Source: a virus (taxonomy: Duplodnaviria > Caudoviricetes). From it: 59,836 nucleotides of DNA. Made by a program: the position numbers and the translations under genes. The stretch spans positions 1-59,836 of the IMG/VR virus record IMGVR_UViG_3300014838_000022. The stretch is one strand, 5' to 3'. The notes under the pieces were generated by a model. That model saw nothing but the letters and a program-made list of their open reading frames with translations. It searched no databases and had not been told where the DNA came from. Below are positions 39,653 to 48,951 of this stretch, one piece after another; the stretch's first letter is position 1, and each line of letters starts with the position of its first letter.

Positions 39653-40144
39653 TCATGACATTGCCTGTGGATTAAAGGACACAACTTGAAAGCTGTAGGC
39701 TTTGAGGACGAGATACTTTTTGAACTTGAAACCACCATTCACTTGATGCTCCAACCCCGTGTAATGAGTGCCATTGGAAGAAATCAATCGAACAAGACGT
39801 TTGCTAGTATGCCATGGCAGGTGACTCATCGGATAATAAAACGACACCAAGGGATTCTGCTCAACCTTGTTCTTCTTGGGAACCGACTCGCATTGGCAAT
39901 CATAGGAGTCTTTACCGCACTTTTTGCAATGGACTGAAAGATTGATCCCATGCTTGAAAATAGGGGCTTGAAACCTTCCATCCGCCGTCCGGGGTTGCTT
40001 GCGGGCCTTGGTCCAGTTCTTGAATCGGTTCGCCATGTTGATCGCAACCTTGCTGTCAGTTCGATCAAGATGCTGTTCAATCGCCCATTGAGCGGCTTCT
40101 TTGACAATACGGTCAAAGTCTTTTACGGAATACACTGTAATCAT
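39653..40144 (-). CDS. Hypothetical protein with zinc motif
   Basis: QPRTADGRF, CKKCG...CQC. Confidence 0.6.
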   Translation of the reverse strand: MITVYSVKDFDRIVKEAAQWAIEQHLDRTDSKVAINMANRFKNWTKARKQPRTADGRFQAPIFKHGINLSVHCKKCGKDSYDCQCESVPKKNKVEQNPLVSFYYPMSHLPWHTSKRLVRLISSNGTHYTGLEHQVNGGFKFKKYLVLKAYSFQVVSFNPQAMS

Positions 40145-40965
40145 ACCATTATTATAACACGTTGTTTCAATCTGTCAACTGATAAAGATCATATTTCTTT
40201 GTGATCCCATCCCAATTCGCTATCAACCATTCCTTCAATTGGTTATACTGTTCCCGATCCCCAAAACCTTCAACTGCTTTCGCCAAGGTTACATTCTTCC
40301 ACCCGCAGCATTCATTAGCATCCTTGACGATCAATGTCACCCGCATCCCATCCTTCTTCCCTTCGGCTCCCATATAATTTTTCCATCCAATATACCCAAC
40401 GACTTTCGTGTCAACCTTGATGTCAACATAGATATGATCGAAAGACCGATACTTCCCCATCGGCTGATTGATTTTAAATGTGAGTCCCATAAATTTATTC
40501 AAGAAGAAAAATGGTGGTATCCGTCGAGATTCCCAATTGAGTCATAATGTTTTCGGACAAACAACGATGTGCCGCACAAACATCGGATGGACCTTCCGAC
40601 CACAACCTATATTGATTCCAATCGGCTATTCCTTTACCAATCAATGTTCCTGACCGATAATCATAAATAGATGCCATGCCATTGTCTGTAAAAGTGGATT
40701 CCGTAGTTAATCGTTTCATATCAACACAGTCGCACATCTGTATACTTTGTCAAATGATTTTCCTGTACTTATTATCTTTTATTCTTTATCGAGTGGCTTG
40801 GTGCTGCCGAGCGGCAGCGAGCAACCAAGCCTAGATAATTAATACTTCCTGAATATAGTACAGGAAAATGCTTTCCTTGTCAAGATATAATAACAATGTA
40901 TTAAGTACCGGATAATTAGTTTTTACATGTTTTGAAAACATCAACAAAATTCATTCGGCATATAT

Positions 40966-41219
40966 GTAGTGTAGTTTGAAGGAATATAATTAATAATACA
41001 CTACAGGTAGTAGGTATACCATTAGTAGTGTAGTTTGAAGGAATATAATTAATAATACACTACAGGTAGTATAACAATAGGTTGGTGTATCAATTATATA
41101 CACACATCCTGTAGTGTATATACCTTCTGTAGTGGTATGTCATCAATGGACTATACCTTATATGGTGTTATACTATTACGAGGGTATGATATATTTACAC
41201 TACACTACAGGATGTGTGT
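40966..41219. repeat. 47-bp direct repeat pair (40966-41012, 41025-41071) plus 19-bp perfect inverted repeat (41100-41118/41201-41219)
   Basis: Shared core TACACTACAGG in an AT-rich non-coding stretch. Confidence 0.85.
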
Positions 41220-41354
41220 CTAAATACTGGATATTATATGTTTGGGTCCGAAGTATCAACGTCGCAGACCCGGAGCCTGGTACAGGGAAATACTGGATAT
41301 TACATACTCGCCCGGGCGCATTAAATTGGTTCGGTGAAACGATGTGATTATAAT

Positions 41355-41416
41355 AAAAAAGAGCGGTTGAAAATAATAATTGGGGACTGAATCCCAAGAA
41401 CTAAAATCAACCGCTC
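41355..41416 (-). terminator. Long hairpin terminator closing the solitary-repeat-1 transcript
   Basis: GAGCGGTTGA...TCAACCGCTC followed by a T-run on the minus strand. Confidence 0.6.
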
Positions 41417-41602
41417 ATCAGACTTTAGACTCTAACTACTAATACACTCATTGCCTTTATCTCACGTTTACTTCTGTCACTGCGTTCCTTTCGGAATTGA
41501 ATGGCGTGGCTCTCCATTCATGATATACCTTCAATGAGTTTTTAATCCCCACTTAACCCTTGCAAACTTCCATTGCGGGAACCAAATTCTAATTGTGAGT
41601 CT

Positions 41603-41635
41603 GTTTCAATCCGCACCCCGGTCTCACGGGGTGAC
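41603..41635 (-). CRISPR. Solitary type I-C-like CRISPR repeat 1: GTCACCCCGTGAGACCGGGGTGCGGATTGAAAC
   Basis: 7-bp stem CACCCCG/CGGGGTG and 11-nt tail CGGATTGAAAC; promoter TTGATA-N17-TATAGT directly upstream. Confidence 0.8.
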
Positions 41636-41853
41636 ATAAATACTATAACATACTCTACCAAACTTATCAAATTTTATTTTGTGAGTCTCACCCTGAATAC
41701 ACATAACCCTTGAGACTCACAAAATCTATCTGTTGGACTAATTGTGCATGGCAACACAGTCAGAGGCTCTACTGCATGATCCTGCTAGTAACTTGCTGTA
41801 TTACGGGTCTGATCTATTACGTATTCAATCAGCATAGTCCAACAAAAATAAAA

Positions 41854-42045
41854 TTACTGTCCAAACAATGCCGATGTCTGGTCACCACTATAACGCACCT
41901 TCCCTTGGCTGTCAAGTGTCTTTTTGGTATTTCCATCATACCGTCCAATCGTCGCACCCGAGGCATCTTGAGCAATCACTTGGGAACCAGTATGCAACTT
42001 GTATCCCTTCGTGCGACCACTACCGTCTTTGATTGTTTCTCTCAT
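41854..42045 (-). CDS. Small hypothetical protein between the two solitary repeats
   Basis: ORF with its own TTGACA promoter. Confidence 0.55.
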   Translation of the reverse strand: MRETIKDGSGRTKGYKLHTGSQVIAQDASGATIGRYDGNTKKTLDSQGKVRYSGDQTSALFGQ

Positions 42046-42365
42046 GCTAAGAACATACCACAAATACTTGCGGTGTCAAATTTTATTTTATAACACCGTG
42101 AGCGTAATCTCAGTGCCCGATTCGAGCGGAAACAATACCCTCTCACATATGGGCGCTATATTCGTCCAAGCCTGAACCGCAATTCCTCTATCTGGTCCAG
42201 TGACCAGAAACAAATCAAAGATTGAATTTTTTGCCCAGTATGGATAATTACGTTGTTTAATCTCTTCTTTAGGCAACGTTATTTTCACCTTGGCATTTAC
42301 GCACATGTAGTTTTGGTCATTCATACGGTTATTCTAACACACTATTGGGACTTGTCAAATAAAAT

Positions 42366-42526
42366 TGGTGCCATCGGCTGGACTTCCACCAGCAAACGGG
42401 AGTCACCCCATTATTTTTCCATCCTTGAGTTTAACTGGAATCTAGCGACACTAGATTTGCTTTATCTTTCGAACCATTAAACTGTTAGGACGAAGTAACG
42501 TTGTATCTAGCACGTTACGCTATGGC
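42366..42526 (-). ncRNA. tRNA-like RNA (~161 nt) with a large structured insert
   Basis: Acceptor GCCATAG/CGATGGC-A-CCA and T-like arm GCTGG-TGGAAGT-CCAGC enclose several hairpins. Confidence 0.6.
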
Positions 42527-42580
42527 ATAAAATTTGGTATTAAGAGGATTTCACGTAAGAACCATTTAAGGTTAATTCGT

Positions 42581-42653
42581 TCCAATAAAAAGGGGGTGAA
42601 CCTTTACCTCCCCTCGTTCAAGAGGGGCGTGCTACCAGTTACACCATATCGTC
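42581..42653 (-). ncRNA. Degenerate tRNA-like element
   Basis: D arm TGGTGTAACTGGTAGCAC, stem CCCCTC-TTGAAC-GAGGGG, T arm AAAGG-TTCACCC-CCTTT; poor acceptor stem and no CCA. Confidence 0.5.
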
Positions 42654-42911
42654 GTTTGTCTCTTGCGGAACCACCCAAAGAGAGCTACTCCCTGGAAACC
42701 GCTTTGTTTGGCCTTACAAATTAAAATTAGTGTGCCAGTCACGGCATCTTCGTGCAATGAAACTTGGTGACTAGCCTATTTCATTATTAACCGATTCGCC
42801 CTTTATCCTTGGCATCTTACAATCACACGCAATACTGTATGCGGCAAGTTCGGCGACAAGACTAATCAAAAATTAAAGGTAGCAATTCAGTCTAATCCCA
42901 TTACATTGTAA

Positions 42912-42943
42912 GTTTCAATCCGCACCCGGTCTCACGGGGTGAC
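42912..42943 (-). CRISPR. Solitary type I-C-like CRISPR repeat 2: GTCACCCCGTGAGACCGGGTGCGGATTGAAAC
   Basis: One G shorter than repeat 1; promoter TTGACA-N16-TATAGT directly upstream. Confidence 0.8.
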
Positions 42944-43211
42944 ATAAATACTATAACACACTCCCCAAACTTGTCAAATTTTATTTTGTGTCCATTTCCC
43001 CCGAGGGTTAGGATAATACAGTGTTCCTGTCGCAATATTCATGATCCCCCCTGCCCCCCCCGGGAGTTCCCTTGGGGGAAAGGAAAATACTTCGTGGCCG
43101 CTATAAAGTGTTTTCTTACAAGGGGGTGCACTCTCCCCCCACCCCCAGGTCTCTCTATTCCAGTGCATAGGAACCCCATCATCCCCATCGGGGCCAAGTA
43201 TGATAAATGTT

Positions 43212-44078
43212 TTATTTGACATATTCAATGGTCTTGAATTTATTGGAGAGTTTCAATGGGGCGGGGTGCATCGTAATCTTTCCCGCTTTCGTGTTGATTG
43301 TTACCACAGCGGGCACGGTGACAGTTTTCTTTCCCTTGCCGTGATGAAAGTAATCAGCCTTGTAACCACCCTTCCCCTGTTTGCGTAATTTATATACAGC
43401 CTTCCCCGCAGCACTCCCGGCGGGCATTGTCCCGTGAATCAACAAACAAAAATCCTTGTCCCCCTTCCACAACAAAGAATCATCATGGTCTATTTCAAGC
43501 CCCAATTGCTTGGCTTCATCCTCTGAAAATACCACCTTGGCAAAACGCAATCCCATCATGTCAATCAAATCGTCAAACTTTCCTCCACGGGATGCCACCA
43601 ATTTTAAATTGGAAGGAATAACATTAAGCCGTTTTACCCAAAGCGGTAACATCTTGGAATAACCATAGAAAATCCAGTCCGGATGTTGCTGTGCTACCAT
43701 AATCCAAGCATCAAAATAGGCTTGATTGAAGAAATCCCCGCTCCCATGTATGCGGATACGTTTAACGTTTTTCTTGGTAAGCAAACTGGATTCAATCAAG
43801 TTAGCCATCCCAATTGCCGTATTGGCTTGTTTCAACAAGTCAAAATTGTTCCACCGTGACTCCCGTACAGTCTTGAACAAATTCTCCGGTAGTGTGGCAA
43901 AACACCGAAATTCTGTATTCGGGCCATCTGTTATTTTTCCAGTTTCTCTGTTAACACTTGAACGACAAAGGTTTGCCCCTAAACAAGTGTGTCCGGCGGG
44001 CAAAGAGAGGATAAACGTATCTCCGTCAAGTTTAGCGTTTCCTTTAGCAAATGATAATGTTTTATTTGTGTCAGTCAT
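43212..44078 (-). CDS. Gp88-like protein (radical-SAM-related phage family)
   Basis: GNAKL...LSLPAGHTCLGA..C...CFA...RIHGSGDFF...FYGYSK. Confidence 0.75.
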   Translation of the reverse strand: MTDTNKTLSFAKGNAKLDGDTFILSLPAGHTCLGANLCRSSVNRETGKITDGPNTEFRCFATLPENLFKTVRESRWNNFDLLKQANTAIGMANLIESSLLTKKNVKRIRIHGSGDFFNQAYFDAWIMVAQQHPDWIFYGYSKMLPLWVKRLNVIPSNLKLVASRGGKFDDLIDMMGLRFAKVVFSEDEAKQLGLEIDHDDSLLWKGDKDFCLLIHGTMPAGSAAGKAVYKLRKQGKGGYKADYFHHGKGKKTVTVPAVVTINTKAGKITMHPAPLKLSNKFKTIEYVK

Positions 44079-44177
44079 ACCTATACAATACACTATCCTA
44101 TTTATTTGTCAAATTTTATTTATAAAAACAAAAATGCCCTTGATGTTAACAAGGGCATTCATATGAAGGATAAGAAC

Positions 44178-44867
44178 TTAGGAAACAGGAACCACCGGCA
44201 AGGTCGCCGTTGAAGGAGGCGTGCCGCTGTTATCAGCCGCAGAAACTTCAACCGCATTGTCAATCACGGGAGCACTGGCTGGAATAGTTTCCACAGTGGC
44301 AGAGTCCACAATGGCTTGAGCCGATTCAACCGGAGCCGGGGCAGTAGGAATAACGGGAGCAACTTCGGGCGCTGGAGTAATCAATACCGGCGTAGCCGTG
44401 GCGATAATCTCCTGTGCCGCCGCAATCGTGTCAGCAACTTCTGTATTCACCTTGCGGGCCTTGCGAGGAACCTTGGTCTTGGTGTCAGAATGATCTTTGG
44501 CCGCAACTGTCCGCAAACGATACAGTTTCGCACGCCGTCCCAAACCAGACTCAGAATCCGGTTCAGCCGTGGCCCCAATTACCGCAACCACCAAAGAATG
44601 AGCATTCACCCGCCCAGACTTCGTGAACATGTCATGCTTCAAATTCTTCCGCAACGTCAGCATCGTGCAATTCTCCCCCTTGCCAAACATAGATACTACC
44701 TTCGTCTGCCCATTATTGGTAGTAATGGTTTTTGTGGCAGTCTTGTCCAATTCAATCCCGTTGACCTTCATCAATTGCGTGAAAGTCCATTCCGCCGATT
44801 TCGGAAACTTCATCCCGTAACGAGGACGACCGGGATGCTCATGAACCATTGTATTTTCGTTTTTCAT
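44178..44867 (-). CDS. Hypothetical protein with Ala/Pro/Thr-rich tail
   Basis: 229-aa ORF with promoter and terminator. Confidence 0.65.
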   Translation of the reverse strand: MKNENTMVHEHPGRPRYGMKFPKSAEWTFTQLMKVNGIELDKTATKTITTNNGQTKVVSMFGKGENCTMLTLRKNLKHDMFTKSGRVNAHSLVVAVIGATAEPDSESGLGRRAKLYRLRTVAAKDHSDTKTKVPRKARKVNTEVADTIAAAQEIIATATPVLITPAPEVAPVIPTAPAPVESAQAIVDSATVETIPASAPVIDNAVEVSAADNSGTPPSTATLPVVPVS

Positions 44868-44912
44868 ATTTTATATTGTGTTAACTAACTGTATTACTAC
44901 TTTATCACTTCT

Positions 44913-45608
44913 TTATACCGATGTCAAATTCTTTTTAAAAGTGTTTTTAAATGCTTCCAAATCAACAGCTTGTTGCTTTTTGAAGGTAACAATCTTTTGC
45001 CATGCGCTAACCGTAAACGTTTCACCAAAACAAGTGAGACACGTTGAATTCTCATTCAAAGCAAACATATTGCGATCAGCATACCCCCTGCCCGTAATGT
45101 CCTTAATGAGTGTCTCATTTTCAGGCACTTTAAGCCATGTTTGTTTATGGAAGGTAGCACGGATGCAGTCATCATGCTGTTTCTTGGCAGCAATTTCCTC
45201 CGCTTGCAATTCCAACAAGATAGCAATAGCCTTGGCTTTTTGCTTCTCATTCAATCCAAAAGTTGTCCCGTCCCCCATAGCAATCCACCGCTTGCAACTC
45301 CAATCCCCAAATTTGAGACGATACCCCGTGATTCGCCACCGGAACCCTGTCACAGCCGAACGGATTTCATTGATTTCCACCCGCACTCCTAAGCATCGTG
45401 CCCCATCTGTGTTCGGGTCCAACATCTTTAAAATGTCAAGTTTAGTCTTGGCCTTTTGAAACTTGGCATCTTCCCGAGCCTTTGCGTCGGCTTCCTCTTT
45501 TAAAATCTTATCGTCAGGCTCCCACGCTTCCATCAATCCGCAACCAATCGCAGACTTGTTTTCCGTGTTGTACTTGTTGCACTCTTCAGTCGTTTTGTAA
45601 ATTTTCAT
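44913..45608 (-). CDS. Hypothetical protein
   Basis: 231-aa ORF with a TTGACA promoter. Confidence 0.65.
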   Translation of the reverse strand: MKIYKTTEECNKYNTENKSAIGCGLMEAWEPDDKILKEEADAKAREDAKFQKAKTKLDILKMLDPNTDGARCLGVRVEINEIRSAVTGFRWRITGYRLKFGDWSCKRWIAMGDGTTFGLNEKQKAKAIAILLELQAEEIAAKKQHDDCIRATFHKQTWLKVPENETLIKDITGRGYADRNMFALNENSTCLTCFGETFTVSAWQKIVTFKKQQAVDLEAFKNTFKKNLTSV

Positions 45609-45718
45609 ACTTCAATATACGTTATGGTTCTCGGTTGTCAAATTTTATTTATACAGAATTCTTAATGACAAATTCAATCGCCAAACGATTAACCCCATGC
45701 TCTACATGTCAAATCCTA

Positions 45719-45961
45719 TTATCTAACCATTGTTCCATCTTTTTGCAAAACAAACCCAATTGATGAATAAAATACCATTAATTGTTGATTCGATAATCCT
45801 TCGTTAAAAAATAAACGGCATGGAAAAAGTCTGGCGTGTTTGGGAATAAATTTGGATAATTGTCGAGCATATCCTTTCCCACGATATTTCTTATGAATAA
45901 TAAATCGTTTGATAAATCCATCTCTAATATCAATATATCCATATTTCTTGACTATTCTCAT
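45719..45961 (-). CDS. Minimal GNAT-like acetyltransferase
   Basis: IHKKYRGKGYARQL...FYSSIGF. Confidence 0.65.
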   Translation of the reverse strand: MRIVKKYGYIDIRDGFIKRFIIHKKYRGKGYARQLSKFIPKHARLFPCRLFFNEGLSNQQLMVFYSSIGFVLQKDGTMVR

Positions 45962-46893
45962 ACCTACACTATACGCATATATACATCAGTGTCAAATCCT
46001 ATTTCCATGTCCTTTATACCCCAAGAAGTCCCCGACCCTCAAACGAGAACATACTGCCCAGTATTTAGATCGAGCATATACTGGATATTATTTGCTCCTA
46101 AACAAAATACTGGATATTATTTACATGCGTAGATACAGTAATAAGTATTCATATGTATTCGGTGAGAATAAGCATTTTTTTATAGTATTTAGGAATTCGG
46201 TGACATTATTATAAAATACACCTCATTATATAATTAATCCAAAACAATCACACTGCGGTCTAATCTCACTTTCACCCAACCCGGCATTGAAATCATAAAA
46301 TCATGAAAATTACCAAATATAATAATGATATTTATAACGTATATACGTATCCTACCAAATAATTGGCATTTTGCTCCGTGATCCCATCAATATACTGCCT
46401 ATCATACATCTAAATACTGGATAGTATATGCTCATATACATATATTAGTATTTACCCCACATAATAAGTATACATATGTTCGGTGAAATGGCACACTTAT
46501 AAACATGTGCTTATGATCCAGTAAATAATGATTCATAAGTAATCGGTGAGAATCAACTGTTATTCTTCTGCCCTCTACCACTTCATACACGCCCTCGCCT
46601 TCGGCTCGGGCATATCATCCTATACATCTTTATCCCCATTCCAACATGCTACATTGTCTGCTCTTTTAAATGCCCCATATAGCAAATATGTTATCGCCGA
46701 GGGCGAAGCCCGAGGCGTATGTGCGTATGTATATGTTTGTTCCTACTAGAAAAGTATTTTTATATACTCCTCACATATGGTAAAACTAAACCTGTGGGTC
46801 TATATGGGTCACAATGGGGTAGGTGGGGGACTTATTATAACGTATCTACGTATTTGAAGGTGAATAAAGAAGTATGCACAATGATGTATTGAC

Positions 46894-47103
46894 ATGAAAA
46901 TATACATCTATGGACTATATGAAGATACTGAGGATCAACTTCGCTACATTGGAGCGAGTATAAATGCCAAACAACGGCTACAGATGCATTGTGCATCTAC
47001 AGATGATGTATCTTCTCGTGAACGATGAATAAAATCTCTTCAAGAATTGGGTAAAAACCCACGAATAAAAATTCTTGAAGAAACCGACGAAGTTATGGAT
47101 TAG
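46894..47103 (+). pseudogene. GIY-YIG endonuclease remnant
   Basis: MKIYIYGL...RYIG.S....RL..H, in-frame TGA at 47026, then IKSLQELGKNPRIKILEE. Confidence 0.7.
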
Positions 47104-47148
47104 TGAAAAGATGTGGTAATACGTATATATGGTAAAGTATATTACAAT

Positions 47149-47721
47149 ATGAGAACATTAAAAGAGATAATGGAAACGCCGTTAGAGAGCATGGATGTAT
47201 TAAACGGGGATGAATTGGATTTATACATTGAGACTATTATTAGTGAGGCGGCACCTGGATTCAACTATAGGAAAATAAATCAACATGTATATCAATTTGA
47301 TGTGAAAGATTTATTATATCAGGTAGAGATCACCGAGTCTATATTTCCTGATGGTAAGAAGATGATTGGAGTAAAGTTCAAGTTAATGAATAATCCCAAT
47401 GCGCCAAGTCGAGATGATTTTCAAACTGATCAACAGTATAAGGTAGCGATAAGGAAGAGTCAAATAGGGATTACTGGGACGGGGAATCCTAATGCGGTAT
47501 TTGCTCAAGTTATGGGGGTGATGATTACTTCTATTAAGGAGATACAACCTAATTATATTTCTTTTACCGCTGATGAAGGGAACCGACAAAGTTTATATGT
47601 TAGGCTTATTAAATTAATGGAGAAACACATTCCGATAAAATACGATAGAATTTTTATTAATCCATTAACGGGAGAGAATACTGGTAATGAAGAATTTTGG
47701 TTGGAAAGAAAGGATAAATAA
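47149..47721 (+). CDS. Hypothetical phage protein
   Basis: Long ORF starting MRTLKEIME. Confidence 0.65.
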   Translation: MRTLKEIMETPLESMDVLNGDELDLYIETIISEAAPGFNYRKINQHVYQFDVKDLLYQVEITESIFPDGKKMIGVKFKLMNNPNAPSRDDFQTDQQYKVAIRKSQIGITGTGNPNAVFAQVMGVMITSIKEIQPNYISFTADEGNRQSLYVRLIKLMEKHIPIKYDRIFINPLTGENTGNEEFWLERKDK

Positions 47722-47812
47722 AGTGGCACCGTATAGGCGGGGTTGAAGTTTAAAGCCTAGTCTTTGACATTCATGGATGGATATACGTATATAAGGATGG
47801 GTGTATATATAT

Positions 47813-48145
47813 TTAGAATTTGATAGTAAATTTAAAGGTAGAAGTGTAAGACTCATTGAATCCAGACTCATCGAATCCTGGTTTATCATAAACGACGTTC
47901 CAGCCTACTTGTTGGAAGAAAGGTTCTACATCGAGGAAATGATTAGCAAGCAATACTTCTTCTTTAGGACCGCCATCAATAATAATTTGTTTCACCACAT
48001 CTGATTGGGTAAAGGTTGAGTCATAACCATTCCAGTGTTGAACTATGAGACGATTAAAGGCATTAAAGACTTCATTGGGGATGGATTTAAGTTTACCAGA
48101 TTGGATTTGGACTTGTGCGGGGGTAATAGGTTTAACTTGTTTCAT
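47813..48145 (-). CDS. Hypothetical phage protein
   Basis: KPITP...IPNEVFNAFN...LDVEPFF..VGW.V.YDKPG. Confidence 0.65.
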   Translation of the reverse strand: MKQVKPITPAQVQIQSGKLKSIPNEVFNAFNRLIVQHWNGYDSTFTQSDVVKQIIIDGGPKEEVLLANHFLDVEPFFQQVGWNVVYDKPGFDESGFNESYTSTFKFTIKF

Positions 48146-48483
48146 AGGAGGGTAGATGTTGTAGTCCCATATGGATGTATGAATACTTGATTGGTTTCAA
48201 TTTTGAATGTAGCTATCCACTCATGTTCACAGATACAGCAGTAATGGGGGATATTGATTTTTGCTATAGAGGGGTTAAAGTTTGGGGCTTCGATGTCTAC
48301 ATTTGCATAGAGGGAAGGAATTCTTTTTAGGCACCGAGGGCAGGTGGTATGGTCGGGTAAACCTAAAAGTTGGGTGAGGTCGAGTTGTAGTCCCATATGG
48401 ATGTATGTAGTTAAGTATTTATGTATTAGCGATTATGTAAAGGTTTAGGAATATAAGTAATACGAAGATGTGGGCTAACAATG

Positions 48484-48867
48484 TCATATGATTATTTCGA
48501 TGTTTATGTCTGGATGTTTTGTTGCCGATGACACAAATTTCTTAGCAACTCGTGAATGAGTATGAAGGGTTAAGCCTCCATATCCTACCATTTGGACCAA
48601 TTTAGTGGCTATTCCTCGTCTACGAAATTTTGGTTTGACATAGACAGCGAAATTAGGTAGAGAGAACCTGGTCAATGCCATAGCTATGGGATTACCTTTA
48701 AATTCAACGACCCATACCGATTTTACACGGAGACTTATAGGGTTGTAAGAATACCACCATTTAAGTGCTTTCCTTGGGCTGTAGCACTTGGATTGGAGTA
48801 AGCGTTTAAATTGCTCCCTTATAGTAGAAACCGATCTATATTCAGTGAATTTTAGATTAGGTATCAT
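48484..48867 (-). CDS. GNAT-like acetyltransferase
   Basis: VYVKPKFRRRGIATKL. Confidence 0.7.
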   Translation of the reverse strand: MIPNLKFTEYRSVSTIREQFKRLLQSKCYSPRKALKWWYSYNPISLRVKSVWVVEFKGNPIAMALTRFSLPNFAVYVKPKFRRRGIATKLVQMVGYGGLTLHTHSRVAKKFVSSATKHPDINIEIII

Positions 48868-48951
48868 ATGTTTATTCAGAGCCTTTTCCGAATCGACGTT
48901 ATTATGATTAAGCCTATGCGATAGGTAAGTAGTTAAGTGTAAATGTGTTTA

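Larger units (their letters stand above)
31103..41337 (+). repeat. Dispersed composite element TACTG-NN-CAGTA...(GCAGTAWWT)..TTCGGTGA (7 well-spaced copies)
   Basis: Palindrome/octamer starts: 31103/31144, 31956/31995, 33019/33058, 34331/34370, 35244/35283, 39101/39140, 41291/41330. Confidence 0.85.

Noticed and set aside
40966-41071. Direct repeat pair as a CRISPR array
   Set aside because: The 47-bp units are separated by only 12 bp, there are just two copies, and they lack a CRISPR-like terminus.
41420-41570. Further degenerate repeats after solitary repeat 1 (e.g. ...GGGATTAAAAAC about one spacer length downstream)
   Set aside because: Only the 3' tail resembles the repeat and the stem is absent. 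This is not enough to call an array, though an alignment would be worthwhile.
42402-42409. GGGGTGAC in the tRNA-like RNA as a tracrRNA anti-repeat
   Set aside because: Only 8 nt of complementarity, which could be chance.
31103-46063. TACTG..CAGTA palindromes as LexA/SOS boxes
   Set aside because: The E. coli-type box has 10 nt between these half-sites; here the gap is 2 nt and the site is coupled to a separate octamer.
46894-47103. In-frame TGA at a likely Trp position as evidence of genetic-code reassignment
   Set aside because: Many intact genes end in TGA with ATGA coupling and long genes read through cleanly in code 11, so it is best explained as a pseudogene.
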